The position numbers and the translations under genes are program-made. Positions 44,455 to 54,550 of a stretch of DNA of 64,000 nt are shown here, piece after piece (positions within the stretch are counted from its first letter, which is position 1; the number at the start of each line of letters is the position of its first letter). The stretch comes from Candidatus Micrarchaeota archaeon (GTDB lineage Archaea > Micrarchaeota > Micrarchaeia > Anstonellales > Bilamarchaeaceae): NCBI GenBank assembly GCA_014730115.1, contig WJIU01000009.1:4575-68574 (forward strand), written 5' to 3'. The notes beneath the pieces were generated by a model, which was given only the letters and a program-made list of their open reading frames with translations, made no database searches and was not told where the DNA came from.

Positions 44455-45462
44455 CTAGCTTCCCAGGATTTTTTTGACGGTTTCAACCACTACCCTGTCT
44501 TTTTCAGGTGCCGATGTAACAAACTTGACAAAATCCCCTTCCAGGCCAGCCTGTTTCAGGGGTTTCACCATGACGCCATTCCTGAGCATCTCAGATGCAA
44601 ATTTTTCGGCATTGACAGGCAGCCGGGCCAGAAAGAAATAGCCTTCACTGGGATAAGTCTTAATGCCCAGCTCTTCCAATTCGGCAGAAAGGCCCTGCGC
44701 CCAGCCCTTCAGCCTTTTCACTCTTTCCCTTATCCTGTCTATGTTTCTCAGGGAGGCAATAGCAGCGGCCTCACCCGGCCGGGCAATGGGATATGCATCA
44801 TTGCCCATATTGAAGTGATTCGCCCATTTCTCAGGAAGGATAGCATACCCAACCCTGAATCCGGCCAGGCTGAATCCCTTGGAGAATGTGCGGGTCACAA
44901 TCAGATTGTCATAATCCTCCACCAGGTCGCTCACCGGCCTGCCCCCGAATTCAATGAACGCCTCGTCCACAAGGAAAAACGTTTCCGGATTGTCATCCAG
45001 CAGATGAAGCGAATCCCTGATGTCAAAAACGCCCCCGGTGGGATTGTTTACATTAACAATTGTTACTATGGTCGTTTTTTCCGGTACTTTCAAATTGGCA
45101 AGGTCGAACCTGAAGCCCTCTTCTTCCCTGAGGTAAGTGCAAGTCTTGCTTTTCGATATTTCCTCAAAAAGGGAATACGTCGGGACTATCAGGTGTGGCC
45201 TGCTCCCGAAAAGCTCGAAAATCTGCCTCAGGATAAGTTCCGAGCCTGCATTGATATGAATAAGCTCCTCCGGTGCTTTGGCATATTTCGATATCTCCTT
45301 CCTGAGTTCCGGTGAGTAGGGCTCGGTATACCTGTTGCTTTTCTCCAGTTCACCGGCCGCTGCAGAAACCGCTTCCGGAATCGGAGGGAGGGGGTTTTCA
45401 CACAATGCAAGCTTTATGCCTTCGAATTTTCCGCCCCCTTTCTCTTCTGCAGCTTTTGTCAT
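44455..45462 (-). CDS. PLP-dependent aminotransferase, HisC/CobD-like (class I/II)
   Basis: NVNNPTGG and the PLP-lysine context TFSKGFSLAGFRVGY. Confidence 0.8.
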   Translation of the reverse strand: MTKAAEEKGGGKFEGIKLALCENPLPPIPEAVSAAAGELEKSNRYTEPYSPELRKEISKYAKAPEELIHINAGSELILRQIFELFGSRPHLIVPTYSLFEEISKSKTCTYLREEEGFRFDLANLKVPEKTTIVTIVNVNNPTGGVFDIRDSLHLLDDNPETFFLVDEAFIEFGGRPVSDLVEDYDNLIVTRTFSKGFSLAGFRVGYAILPEKWANHFNMGNDAYPIARPGEAAAIASLRNIDRIRERVKRLKGWAQGLSAELEELGIKTYPSEGYFFLARLPVNAEKFASEMLRNGVMVKPLKQAGLEGDFVKFVTSAPEKDRVVVETVKKILGS

Positions 45463-45500
45463 ATTACGACCCTGGATTACAAAATATTAATGCTTAACTG

Positions 45501-46775
45501 TCATCTTTCCATGATTTCTCCGGCAAGTTCATTGGCCTTTTCCATAACGGCAGGCTCATCAAGGGTCAGTATATGCCGGTCCTGCAACACCAGGCGGCCG
45601 TTGACAACAACGTCGGTGACATTTTGGGGGCCCGCAGAGAACACCAGATTGGAAACAATGTCGTGCCCGGGCCTGAGGTTCGGTCCCTTTTCCAGCAGCA
45701 CAATGTCTGCGGGCTTTCCTGCCTCAATTGCTCCTGAGTCAAAGCCGGCAGCCCTGGCTCCCCCGATAGTTGCAAAGTCAAGAACTCTCTGGGCCGGAAT
45801 TGCATCAGCCTTCCAGTAATGGAATTTCTGCAGTAGTGCGGCCATTTTCATGGTCTCGAACATGTTCATTGAGTTGTTGCTGGCCACGCTGTCGGTGCCC
45901 AGGCAGACGCTGGCACCTGAGGAGTCCAGTTCCTTTATCTGGGCGATTCCGCCGGTTGCCAGCTTGAGGCTGCTTACCGGGCAGGCACACATGCTTATGC
46001 GCCGTTTCCCGGCAAGCCCGATTTCCCTCTTGGTAAGCCATCCTCCGTGCACAAAAATGGAATCCTCATCCATCAGGCCAATGCTCTCAAGATATTCGTA
46101 AGGGTATTTTCCCGTCTTTTTTAAAACCTCAAACACTTCTTTTCTTGTTTCACTGACATGAATCTGGTATTTCAGCTTGTTTTTCCTTGCCAGCTCCTTT
46201 GTTTTAAGAAGCAGCTCTTCCGAGCATGTATGGGGAGCATGGGCAGCGACCGAGCCGTGGAGCATGCCATTCCGGTAACCAAGAACCGATTTTGCATTTT
46301 CAAGTAGCTCTTTTGTCCCGGAAGAATCGCCCATGTCAATAATGCCCTGGGCTATGGTGCCCCTTAGGCCAGCTTCTTTCGCAGCCTTGAAAATGTGATT
46401 GGGGTCATGGATGCACATCTCCACAAAGCAGGTCGTGCCGCTGCGGAGCATCTCACAGAATCCAAGGCGGGCAGAGATTCCCGCTTCTTCAGGAGTCTGC
46501 TTTGCCTCAGCCGGCCATATCCTCTCCTCAAGCCATTGATGCAAAGGCATGTCCTCGCCATAGCCACGGAACACATGCATGGCAAGATGGGTATGTGTGT
46601 TTACCAGCCCGGGCATCGCAATCTTCCCGGAGGCATCCAGAACCTGCCCGGTAGTGTCAGCATCCTTTCCGACCGAGGCGATAGTGCCGCCTTCAATGAG
46701 GATATTGCCCTTCAGAACCTCCCTTTTTCTGTTCTGGGTGACAATTGTTGCATTTTTTATAAGAAGCGGCATCAT
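45501..46775 (-). CDS. Amidohydrolase, MTA/SAH (5'-deoxyadenosine) deaminase-like
   Basis: GLVNTHTHLAMHVFRGYGEDMPLHQWLEERIWPAE, HVSET and LGTDS motifs of the MtaD/DadD group. Confidence 0.8.
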   Translation of the reverse strand: MMPLLIKNATIVTQNRKREVLKGNILIEGGTIASVGKDADTTGQVLDASGKIAMPGLVNTHTHLAMHVFRGYGEDMPLHQWLEERIWPAEAKQTPEEAGISARLGFCEMLRSGTTCFVEMCIHDPNHIFKAAKEAGLRGTIAQGIIDMGDSSGTKELLENAKSVLGYRNGMLHGSVAAHAPHTCSEELLLKTKELARKNKLKYQIHVSETRKEVFEVLKKTGKYPYEYLESIGLMDEDSIFVHGGWLTKREIGLAGKRRISMCACPVSSLKLATGGIAQIKELDSSGASVCLGTDSVASNNSMNMFETMKMAALLQKFHYWKADAIPAQRVLDFATIGGARAAGFDSGAIEAGKPADIVLLEKGPNLRPGHDIVSNLVFSAGPQNVTDVVVNGRLVLQDRHILTLDEPAVMEKANELAGEIMER

Positions 46776-46832
46776 TAGGATAGGGGATGAAAGGCATTAA
46801 AAGCTGACAGTGGTTTATGATGTGGTGATAAA

Positions 46833-47234
46833 ATGGTAGTCGGACTTGTTCCTCCTGACGAGCAGGAGAGTATAGCAGAAAAGCTGGTAGAATACTACAA
46901 GAACCTGTATCCTGGAATTGAATTTGCACGGGAGCGGGAAGAGCTGAGCCATGAGCAGGTCGGGGAGCTGCTTTACACCTATCCCGGAGAGGAAACCGAA
47001 GCCACCGCAAAGGAAAAAATGAGAATGATAAGCTCGGCAATAGGGGAGGGTTACAACACTCCGATAATTGTTCTCAAAAAAGGAGACAAGCACATCCTGC
47101 TGGACGGGCACCGGAGGGTCAGGGTGGCCTATTCCGAAGGCCTGAAATGGCCGGCTATGGTTATCGCCCCAAACAAAGAGGTAAAATTCGGAATTGAGGA
47201 CATGGTACTTGGGAAAGTAAAGGAGCTGTTCTAG
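46833..47234 (+). CDS. ParB/sulfiredoxin-like nuclease-domain protein
   Basis: PIIVLKKGDKHILLDGHRRVRVAYSEG (ParB-N DGHHR-like motif). Confidence 0.65.
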   Translation: MVVGLVPPDEQESIAEKLVEYYKNLYPGIEFAREREELSHEQVGELLYTYPGEETEATAKEKMRMISSAIGEGYNTPIIVLKKGDKHILLDGHRRVRVAYSEGLKWPAMVIAPNKEVKFGIEDMVLGKVKELF

Positions 47235-47278
47235 CCGGAATTGCGCCTGCCGGCAACCGCATCGGCAGGTTTTTGTTT

Positions 47279-47935
47279 TTATAGTTCTATCGTAGTTCCT
47301 GAGCTGCACGACCTTGCAGTATCGGGGTACATATCCAGTATCTTCTGCTTGTGGGCAGTGCAGTGGCAGGGCATGATAATTTCCAGGTCTTTCAGCATTT
47401 CCAGCTTGTCAAAGCCGTGGAATCCCCCCGCAATCATTGACACCTTCCCATATTCCCCTGCCTTTCTCAGGATGTTGTCCACTCCGGGATGGGCGCAGCC
47501 GCAGATTACAGCATTGCCGCCCTCTCTCTGCACAACCAGCGACTGCTCTATGCCCTTCATTTCCCCGGTGGTGTAGAAACCGGGCAATATCTCCGCGGAA
47601 TCAGTAATCCAGTTCAGGTCTGCCTGCCCCTGAAAAGGCTGCAGCCCCGGCCTGGCCGATGCCGGAGCAAAAACCGGAAGCCTTCCTCTTTTTTCCAGGA
47701 ACTTTTTTATTCCGCCGCAGTGGTCCCGGTGGCCGTGGGAAACGAACAGGGCATCAATGCTGGGAATATCAACGGAAAGCTTTTCCATGTTGAATACCAG
47801 GGCATCACCATTGTCGCCGGTGTCAAAAAGAATTCTTTTTCCATGGGCATCCACCAGACAGGAAAATCCCCAACCTAATTTTAGTGCAACGTCTCCTTCA
47901 TTGTCGTAAAGTACAGTAATCTGCATCAGATACAC
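47279..47935 (-). CDS. Metallo-beta-lactamase-fold hydrolase
   Basis: FVSHGHRDHCGG (HxHxDH motif) and a later CGCAHPG. Confidence 0.8.
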   Translation of the reverse strand: MYLMQITVLYDNEGDVALKLGWGFSCLVDAHGKRILFDTGDNGDALVFNMEKLSVDIPSIDALFVSHGHRDHCGGIKKFLEKRGRLPVFAPASARPGLQPFQGQADLNWITDSAEILPGFYTTGEMKGIEQSLVVQREGGNAVICGCAHPGVDNILRKAGEYGKVSMIAGGFHGFDKLEMLKDLEIIMPCHCTAHKQKILDMYPDTARSCSSGTTIEL

Positions 47936-47950
47936 CTCCGATGAAAAAGG

Positions 47951-49063
47951 TCAGCCTGTTTGTTGGGAAAGAAGCCCAGTAGTCCTGACCCACCAGTAAG
48001 CAAGTACAATGGAAAGTATCGTGGATGCTGCAATTATCAGAAGATAATAAGGAAGAAAGTCTGCTCCGAACGTGAAAAACGGGACCCCGAATATGGTGGC
48101 TATGGTGTTTGGAACAAGAACCGCTGTTCCCAGAACCGTTAGATAGCCTACCAGCAGGGCAAGCTTGTTGTTTAGGATCTGGAGCTGATTGTTGTAGATG
48201 CTCTGCATGACCTCCAGCCCGCTGGCCAGGACCTCGCCCATGTGCTCAGCCAGCTGAATTTGGTAGTTTACCTCTATAACCAGCGCCCCAATGCGTTCCA
48301 GAAGCCTTTCGTCATCGCTGAGCAGCTCCGGGTCCCCGTAGCGCAGGGTGTTGAGCACATCAATGGTCTGCCAGAGGCCGTGGAGATATATCATCAGGGC
48401 ATGCTTCATAAGGTGGATTTCCTGCCCTATCTCTTCCCTTGGGGTGTCGGTACGTGAGAGCTTTTCACTTACCTTGTCCGCACTCTGCTCGATATGCCTC
48501 AGGGAATCAAAGTTGCGGCTGTTGTTCTCATCAAGAAGCCTGGTCAGCACCATAGTAACCTGGTCCTGCTTCTTGTCCCTGGGCTGGATTTTCTGCATGA
48601 AAATTTTGCCATATCTCCGGAGCCTGAAAAAACGGGATGCCTCGGTAGTGTGGATTGTAACAACCACGTTCTTTTTGATTAAAAGAAGAAGATGGTCAAT
48701 TTCAACCTCAAAACCCTTTGCAAAAATGACCGGAACCAGAAGGCCGAACTCCTTGTCAAGGTCCTCATAACCGCTTTCCGAAGCCCCCTTGAGCAGGGTG
48801 GATACCAGCTGGTCGCTGAATCCAAGTGAGGATGCCACCCCCAATGCATCCTTCTGAAGGTCTTCCACTATATAGTCGACCCAGGAAACCGAGGATTTCC
48901 TGATAAGCTTGCTGAATTCCTTTGCCACCCTGGCCTCTTTTTCGGCAGTCTTTCCGTTTTTCAGCAGGGCAACACAGAAGCCTTTCTGCTCGAGGGAAAG
49001 GATGACCTTTCCGTCTCCATAGGTGCTCCTTGCCTTCTCCACCAGTTCCTTGTTGACATTCAT
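47951..49063 (-). CDS. CorA-like divalent cation transporter with non-canonical pore motif
   Basis: Cytosolic funnel-like domain plus two C-terminal TM helices. FGVPFF occupies the position of the usual YGMNF. ATG at 49063; the track start is TTG. Confidence 0.65.
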   Translation of the reverse strand: MNVNKELVEKARSTYGDGKVILSLEQKGFCVALLKNGKTAEKEARVAKEFSKLIRKSSVSWVDYIVEDLQKDALGVASSLGFSDQLVSTLLKGASESGYEDLDKEFGLLVPVIFAKGFEVEIDHLLLLIKKNVVVTIHTTEASRFFRLRRYGKIFMQKIQPRDKKQDQVTMVLTRLLDENNSRNFDSLRHIEQSADKVSEKLSRTDTPREEIGQEIHLMKHALMIYLHGLWQTIDVLNTLRYGDPELLSDDERLLERIGALVIEVNYQIQLAEHMGEVLASGLEVMQSIYNNQLQILNNKLALLVGYLTVLGTAVLVPNTIATIFGVPFFTFGADFLPYYLLIIAASTILSIVLAYWWVRTTGLLSQQTG

Positions 49064-49124
49064 AAAAGCACCTCTTGCAGATAAGTTCAAACAGTAAATT
49101 GCCCCCGTAATATAAAAAGGTAAG

Positions 49125-49430
49125 CTAAATCCTGCATTTCCAGTATTTCACCTGCCCGAACAGACCGGCAACGGCTATCATAAGGTAACTGAGAAGAAAG
49201 GAAAGGTCAGTAAGAAAAAAGCCGATGCCTATGAAAACCTCCTGCCCGCTCAGGCGAAGAACATAACCTGCCGAGAAGAAAAAGACAACTGTAAGAACCA
49301 TGCCTGATATCCGCGCTTCCTGTTTTCCGGCACCAATAAGCATGGAGAATCTTCTGAAATTTCTGGAAGCCAGAAAAATAGCAGCAGCAAGCACAGGCAG
49401 AAACAGCAGGTATTGGTGCATGAGTTTCAA
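49125..49430 (-). CDS. Small integral membrane protein, unknown function
   Basis: 101 aa with three hydrophobic helices. Confidence 0.45.
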   Translation of the reverse strand: MKLMHQYLLFLPVLAAAIFLASRNFRRFSMLIGAGKQEARISGMVLTVVFFFSAGYVLRLSGQEVFIGIGFFLTDLSFLLSYLMIAVAGLFGQVKYWKCRI

Positions 49431-49475
49431 TGAAAGGGCGGTTTTTATAAAGTTGTGGTAATTAATATAAAAAAA

Positions 49476-50702
49476 TTATAATTCAGGAAAGTCCTTCTCG
49501 TTTTCCTCCAGTGCCTCCAGGCCGGCAAGCTTCTCTCCGCAGAGATAGCTCATCAGGGCCTTCCCGGAAAGGCTGACATATCCAAAACGTCTGGGGCTTA
49601 TGCCGAACTTTTCAATTGCAGCAAGGGTGTGCCCTCCGCCCAACAGGGAAAATGCATCGCTTTCGGCAACGGCCTCAAGTATCCGCCGGGTGCCCGCCGA
49701 AAAGCCATCAACCTCGTATACCCCCACCGGTCCATTCATCACTACAAAACTGGAGTTGTTTATGACCTTTCTGTAATTTTCTATTGTTTTCGGGCCGATA
49801 TCCCATATCTGTCCCTCGCTGATTTCACCGACGTCAGAATCCTTTCTCTCTATTGTAGTTGCGCCGTTTGCACCATTTTCTTTTTTTAGAGAAACGCCGG
49901 CATCCACCGGAAGCACAATCCTTCCGTCGTATTTCTCCAGCATCTCTCTTGCCCGGGGTATCTTTTCATCAAGCCCGGAATTCTTCAGGTAATCCCTGGA
50001 ACCTGCAACATCATGCCCCCTGGCATACAGCAAAAGGACGGAAAGCGCACCGCCCACGAGCACCTTCCTGGCACGCCCGTCGGTTAGCCATCTGTCCATT
50101 ATCTTGAATGAATCGTCGGCCTTGGACCCCCCCAGGATAAAGGTAACTTCGCGTCCATGGCACACTTTGTCCACCGCATCCACCTCCTCGGAAAGCACCT
50201 CCCCTGCAAAGCAGGGAATCCTGTCCTTGAATCCTATGATGCTGGAATGCCTGCGGTGGGCTACCGAAAGCGCGTCCAGCACAAAATAATCAGCCACCGG
50301 GGAGAGGTGGTACACTATTTCTCCCTTTCCGCCGGGATGGTTTGTCTCGCAGTGCAGATTCCTTACATTGTCAAGCACCAGGACCTGGCCGTCCTGGAGT
50401 TTCTCGATTGCACCTACTGCCTTTTCCCCCACAACATCATCAATATACAGTACTGGGATTCCAGTAATATCCTGCAGCCTTTCAGCGTGCTGCTCCAGGC
50501 TTAGGAAATCCCCTCTCCCCTTTCTTCCCTGGTGGGACAGGACAATTACCCTGGCCCCTCTCCGGCTCAGGTTCATTATCGTACGGGCATGGGCCTTGAT
50601 TCTTATGTCAGAAGTTATTTTTTTATTTTCAAGCGGGCAGTTGAAATCAACCCTTACCAGCACTTTCTTTCCTTTAACTTCGTGATTTGCTATCCTTCGC
50701 AT
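49476..50702 (-). CDS. pgk: Phosphoglycerate kinase
   Basis: KKVLVRVDFNCP, SHQGRKG and LLGGGHT motifs. ATG at 50702; the track start at 50711 is GTG. Confidence 0.95.
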   Translation of the reverse strand: MRRIANHEVKGKKVLVRVDFNCPLENKKITSDIRIKAHARTIMNLSRRGARVIVLSHQGRKGRGDFLSLEQHAERLQDITGIPVLYIDDVVGEKAVGAIEKLQDGQVLVLDNVRNLHCETNHPGGKGEIVYHLSPVADYFVLDALSVAHRRHSSIIGFKDRIPCFAGEVLSEEVDAVDKVCHGREVTFILGGSKADDSFKIMDRWLTDGRARKVLVGGALSVLLLYARGHDVAGSRDYLKNSGLDEKIPRAREMLEKYDGRIVLPVDAGVSLKKENGANGATTIERKDSDVGEISEGQIWDIGPKTIENYRKVINNSSFVVMNGPVGVYEVDGFSAGTRRILEAVAESDAFSLLGGGHTLAAIEKFGISPRRFGYVSLSGKALMSYLCGEKLAGLEALEENEKDFPEL

Positions 50703-52722
50703 CTGCACCACGTTTCTGCCAGCTGTCTTTTGAAGGGCAGTTGGGGTCTATGCACATTGTATATCTCGCCCTCCCCTTTCTAACATTTATTGTGGGCTTG
50801 CCGCACGTTGCACAAGCCTTTCCGGTCGGCCTCACTGTCGCGCCGGTCGGAAGGGGATAGGTGTTCTTGCATTCCGGATATCCGGTGCATCCGATGAACT
50901 GCCTTCCGCCCTTCATCCTGATTATGCGGAGCTGCTTGCCGCATTTGTCGCATTCTCCCACGATGTTTTCCTTTTCAATCGTGGTTCTCAGGGCATCCAG
51001 CAGTTCAGAACCTATTTTATCCTCGTTGTTTTTCCACTTGTCCAGTATCTGGGTCAGAACCTCCCTGCTGTTTTTGACAACTTTTTCCTTTTCCAGCTTG
51101 CCCATCTGTATTGCTTCCATATCCTCCTCAATCTTCTGGGTAAGGTTCTCGTCAAGTATTTCCGGTGCATACTTCTGGAGAATCTCGCATACCTTCAGTC
51201 CAAAGTCACTTACCTCGATGGACTTTCCCTGGATATAGTCCCTGCGGAACAGTGTATCCACTATGCTGGACCGGGTTGCCTTTGTGCCCAGGTGGCGCTT
51301 CTCCAGCTCCGAAACTATGGATGCCTGGGTGTATCTTTTCGGGGGCTTGGTTTCTTTACTTGTTTTCTTTTTGCCGGAAACGTCGACTTCCTCATCCTCT
51401 TCAAATTTGGGAACATGCTTGTCTTCGGTCTTGTAGTATTTGCCGTAGAACTCTGTCCAGCCCGGCTCGATGAGCCTGCTGCCTGAAGCGGCATAAACCT
51501 CTCCACCGGCATCTACCTCCACCCTGGTCCTTTCCCTTTTCGCCGGCGGCGCGAAGCAGGCCAGGAATCTTCTTACAATCAGGTCGTAGAGATTTTTCTG
51601 GGGACCGCTAACAGCACCGCTCATGCCGGTAGGGTGGATTGCCGGGTGGGCGGGGTCTTCCTTTTTGCCCTGGGCAGGCCTGAACCACCGGTTATCCTGG
51701 ATAATCTCTGCCAGTTTTTTATACTCAGGGTTTTTGGCAAGCGCATTTATTATCGGCGGCAGTTTTATCGAGGGCGGAATTTTCTGGGAAGAGGTCCTTG
51801 GATAGGTAATCAGCGATGCCTCGTACAGGTTCTGGGCAATCTCCAGGGTTTGGGAAGGGGAGTACTTGAAAAGCCGGTAGGCCTCCATCTGGAGGGTGGT
51901 AAGGTCAAAACAGGGCTGGGCGTATATCTGCTGCTCCTTCCTGTCCACACTGCTGACCACGCCATCTTCGGTGGTTTTCTTCAGGGCAGTGTCTGCCTTT
52001 TCCTCATCCAGGAACCTGCCCTGCTTATGCAGGAACTCTGTTTTCTTTATAAGGGCGGTCAGCTCCCAGTAGGGGGTCGGTACGAAAGCCCGTATATTTT
52101 TTTCAAGATTGGAGAGTATGGAAAGTGCAGGTCCCTGCACCCTTCCGATTGAAAGCACCCTGTAGCGGTTCATCCTCCTTAATGCGCTCATCAGGGCCCG
52201 GCTGAGGTTGATGCCGTAAAACCAGTCGATGATATGCCTGGTTTCCCCGGCATAGGCATTGTTGTAGTCAAAATCCCCCCTTTTCTCATAGGCTTCAAGA
52301 AGGTCGGACTTGGTAAGTGCGGAGAACTTCATCCTTTCCCCGTCCCTTATTGTGGTTGCAAAACGGAAGACATTATACGCAATGGTGCTTCCCTCAATAT
52401 CATAGTCGCAGGCCGAGATGAATGTATCCGCCTTTCTTCCCAGCTTCTGCAGAAGCATAACATAGCCCTTGGTGTAGGCAGCCCCCTTGGAGGCCTCAAA
52501 GGCCGGAACCCACTCAATGTCGAAAACCGGATATCCCCTTGACTTCTCTCTTTCCACCAGGGTGTACACATGGCCCACTGCAGGTGCCACTGCGATGTCC
52601 CTGCCATTCCTTGAAGTCTGATAATAGTATATGCCGTTGTGGGCCTTTTTGACAACTTTTTCCCCGACAGCATTGGCAATTTTTTCAGCTACCCTTGGCT
52701 TTTCTGCAACGATTAGGTCCAT
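50674..52722 (-). CDS. topA: DNA topoisomerase I (type IA)
   Basis: Toprim start MDLIVAEKPRVAEKIA, the active-site region ITYPRTSSQ and C-terminal Cys4 zinc fingers. ATG at 52722. Confidence 0.95.
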   Translation of the reverse strand: MDLIVAEKPRVAEKIANAVGEKVVKKAHNGIYYYQTSRNGRDIAVAPAVGHVYTLVEREKSRGYPVFDIEWVPAFEASKGAAYTKGYVMLLQKLGRKADTFISACDYDIEGSTIAYNVFRFATTIRDGERMKFSALTKSDLLEAYEKRGDFDYNNAYAGETRHIIDWFYGINLSRALMSALRRMNRYRVLSIGRVQGPALSILSNLEKNIRAFVPTPYWELTALIKKTEFLHKQGRFLDEEKADTALKKTTEDGVVSSVDRKEQQIYAQPCFDLTTLQMEAYRLFKYSPSQTLEIAQNLYEASLITYPRTSSQKIPPSIKLPPIINALAKNPEYKKLAEIIQDNRWFRPAQGKKEDPAHPAIHPTGMSGAVSGPQKNLYDLIVRRFLACFAPPAKRERTRVEVDAGGEVYAASGSRLIEPGWTEFYGKYYKTEDKHVPKFEEDEEVDVSGKKKTSKETKPPKRYTQASIVSELEKRHLGTKATRSSIVDTLFRRDYIQGKSIEVSDFGLKVCEILQKYAPEILDENLTQKIEEDMEAIQMGKLEKEKVVKNSREVLTQILDKWKNNEDKIGSELLDALRTTIEKENIVGECDKCGKQLRIIRMKGGRQFIGCTGYPECKNTYPLPTGATVRPTGKACATCGKPTINVRKGRARYTMCIDPNCPSKDSWQKRGADAKDSKSRS

Positions 52723-52933
52723 TGATTTGGAGTTAAAATGAGAAGCTATAAATACCTGATGGCAGACGGAAATAAAAGGCCAGACAGCAAATTTCCTTTG
52801 GCTGCCTCTTGTTATCAAGGCCGGGTTTCAGGAATTTTATGTGGCAATTGACGGATTTTTATTCTTGCTCAATAAGGTATAAAAAAGTAAACTGGGATAC
52901 AATACCAATTCGGGAGGCAGGAGTATTGATATA

Positions 52934-54550
52934 ATGGCAAAAAGAAACGGTGGCAATCTTTTCAGGACCGCGGAATACAGGAGAGACGCCAGCAGGACAT
53001 TCGGAAGGATGTCCCGGACTACCTTGAGGGTCACCGGGCTTGAAACCGTTTTTGAGCAGGCAAATGCAAAAAACAAGGGGGTTCTGAAGCACTTAATCGG
53101 AGACCGCATACAATACGAGGACATAATAAAGGGATGCGGGGACAATCCGGAAGCAATATGGAAAGAGGTAAGGGAAAGAGATGGGGAAAAGCAGGGGCAG
53201 GCGGTGCGTGTTGTAGGAATGTCCCTGGGAAACCCCAATGCCTATCCTGCATTCCCCCCAAACCCGACCCTGATGGGATGCATACGGGAAAGCATGGCCG
53301 AGGAAAACGACCGGGCTTCCTGCAGCTATACTGCCTCCTACGGCCTTCCCCCGCTGAGGGAATATCTCCGAAGCGTCAACCTCTCCGACCCCTCCAGCGT
53401 AAACAAGGACCCCGGAAAGTTCAAGGACGTGAAAGTGCTGGTTACTGCAGGCGGGAGCCAGGCTGCCCATTATGGAATGGCGCCTTCGCTGCTGAGGCCT
53501 GAACACACTGTTGCAGTCCATGACTGGATTTACATCATCCACCTTGGCGCTGCCTATTACCGGAATGCCCGCCTGAAGAACTTTGAACTCAGGAATGACG
53601 GGGTTCCCGACCCCGAATCGCTGAGGGCAGTGCTTCATGAAAGTGCCCAGAACGGAGCTGAAATAAGGTGCATGGTTTCCACCACTATCGGGAATCCCAT
53701 CGGCTCCGCGACTCCGCGGGGTGTACTGGTTGAAACCATGGAAGTAATCAGGCATCAGTCTGAGCATGAGGGGCGGCCAATAATAGCATTCTTTGATACT
53801 GCCTATGAGGCCTTCCGGCCGGACGGAAAGCCAATTGACCCCATCGAGGTTGCGATTGATGAAGGCATTGAAATCCCGGTTGGGGTGTTTGAGACTGCCT
53901 CCAAGGGCCATGGCCTCTGCGGGTTCAGGCTGGGCGCATTGAGGATGTGGTGGCCTCCATCTTATTTCTCAAGGCTGAGGGAGGATTATCTGAGCTCCCT
54001 TGATTTCATTGTACAGCCGACCCTTGGCCTGGTGGCAAATCCCATACAAAGAGGGCTGCTGAGCTACCTCACCAGGATTGAAATGAACTCGGGGGAGCTT
54101 GCCAGAGATATGCAGTTTCTTGAAGAAAGAAGGGGGCGGGCCAGCGCAAACCTGATTGACATAGGCAACAAATTAAGGGAGATTGACGGGGTTTACCTGG
54201 GAAGGTACTATGACCATTCTGGCGAGCTGGACAGCATAGACCCGAATACGCTTGCATCGTTCTACCTCACCTTTGGCTTCCACGGCCTCACCAAATTCGG
54301 TGCAAGGTGCAACCAGGCGCGGGAGCTTGCAAGATTCTGCCTGGATAACGGGCTTCCGGTTATCAGCGCAGTGCCTGGATTTTCATTTCTTCCCGAAGAA
54401 AGATGGTCGGACCATCCCGCGCTTATCCGGGTAACCGGCCTCACTGATGAGGAAAACACCCGGGCATTCCTGAAGAGCGTATCTTCCTACGCAGACCATC
54501 TGGCAAGGAAAAAGAAGTCTGTTGTTCCCATAAGCAGCGGCTACTCATAG
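52934..54550 (+). CDS. PLP-dependent aminotransferase-fold protein with ~100-aa N-terminal extension
   Basis: GNPNAYPAFPPNP, TIGNPIGS and the PLP-lysine context ETASKGHGLCGFRLGAL. Confidence 0.7.
   Translation: MAKRNGGNLFRTAEYRRDASRTFGRMSRTTLRVTGLETVFEQANAKNKGVLKHLIGDRIQYEDIIKGCGDNPEAIWKEVRERDGEKQGQAVRVVGMSLGNPNAYPAFPPNPTLMGCIRESMAEENDRASCSYTASYGLPPLREYLRSVNLSDPSSVNKDPGKFKDVKVLVTAGGSQAAHYGMAPSLLRPEHTVAVHDWIYIIHLGAAYYRNARLKNFELRNDGVPDPESLRAVLHESAQNGAEIRCMVSTTIGNPIGSATPRGVLVETMEVIRHQSEHEGRPIIAFFDTAYEAFRPDGKPIDPIEVAIDEGIEIPVGVFETASKGHGLCGFRLGALRMWWPPSYFSRLREDYLSSLDFIVQPTLGLVANPIQRGLLSYLTRIEMNSGELARDMQFLEERRGRASANLIDIGNKLREIDGVYLGRYYDHSGELDSIDPNTLASFYLTFGFHGLTKFGARCNQARELARFCLDNGLPVISAVPGFSFLPEERWSDHPALIRVTGLTDEENTRAFLKSVSSYADHLARKKKSVVPISSGYS

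Noticed and set aside
53093-53911. A 272-aa minus-strand ORF.
   Set aside because: It is antisense to the aminotransferase-fold gene, which carries a PLP-lysine motif. No motifs of its own were seen.
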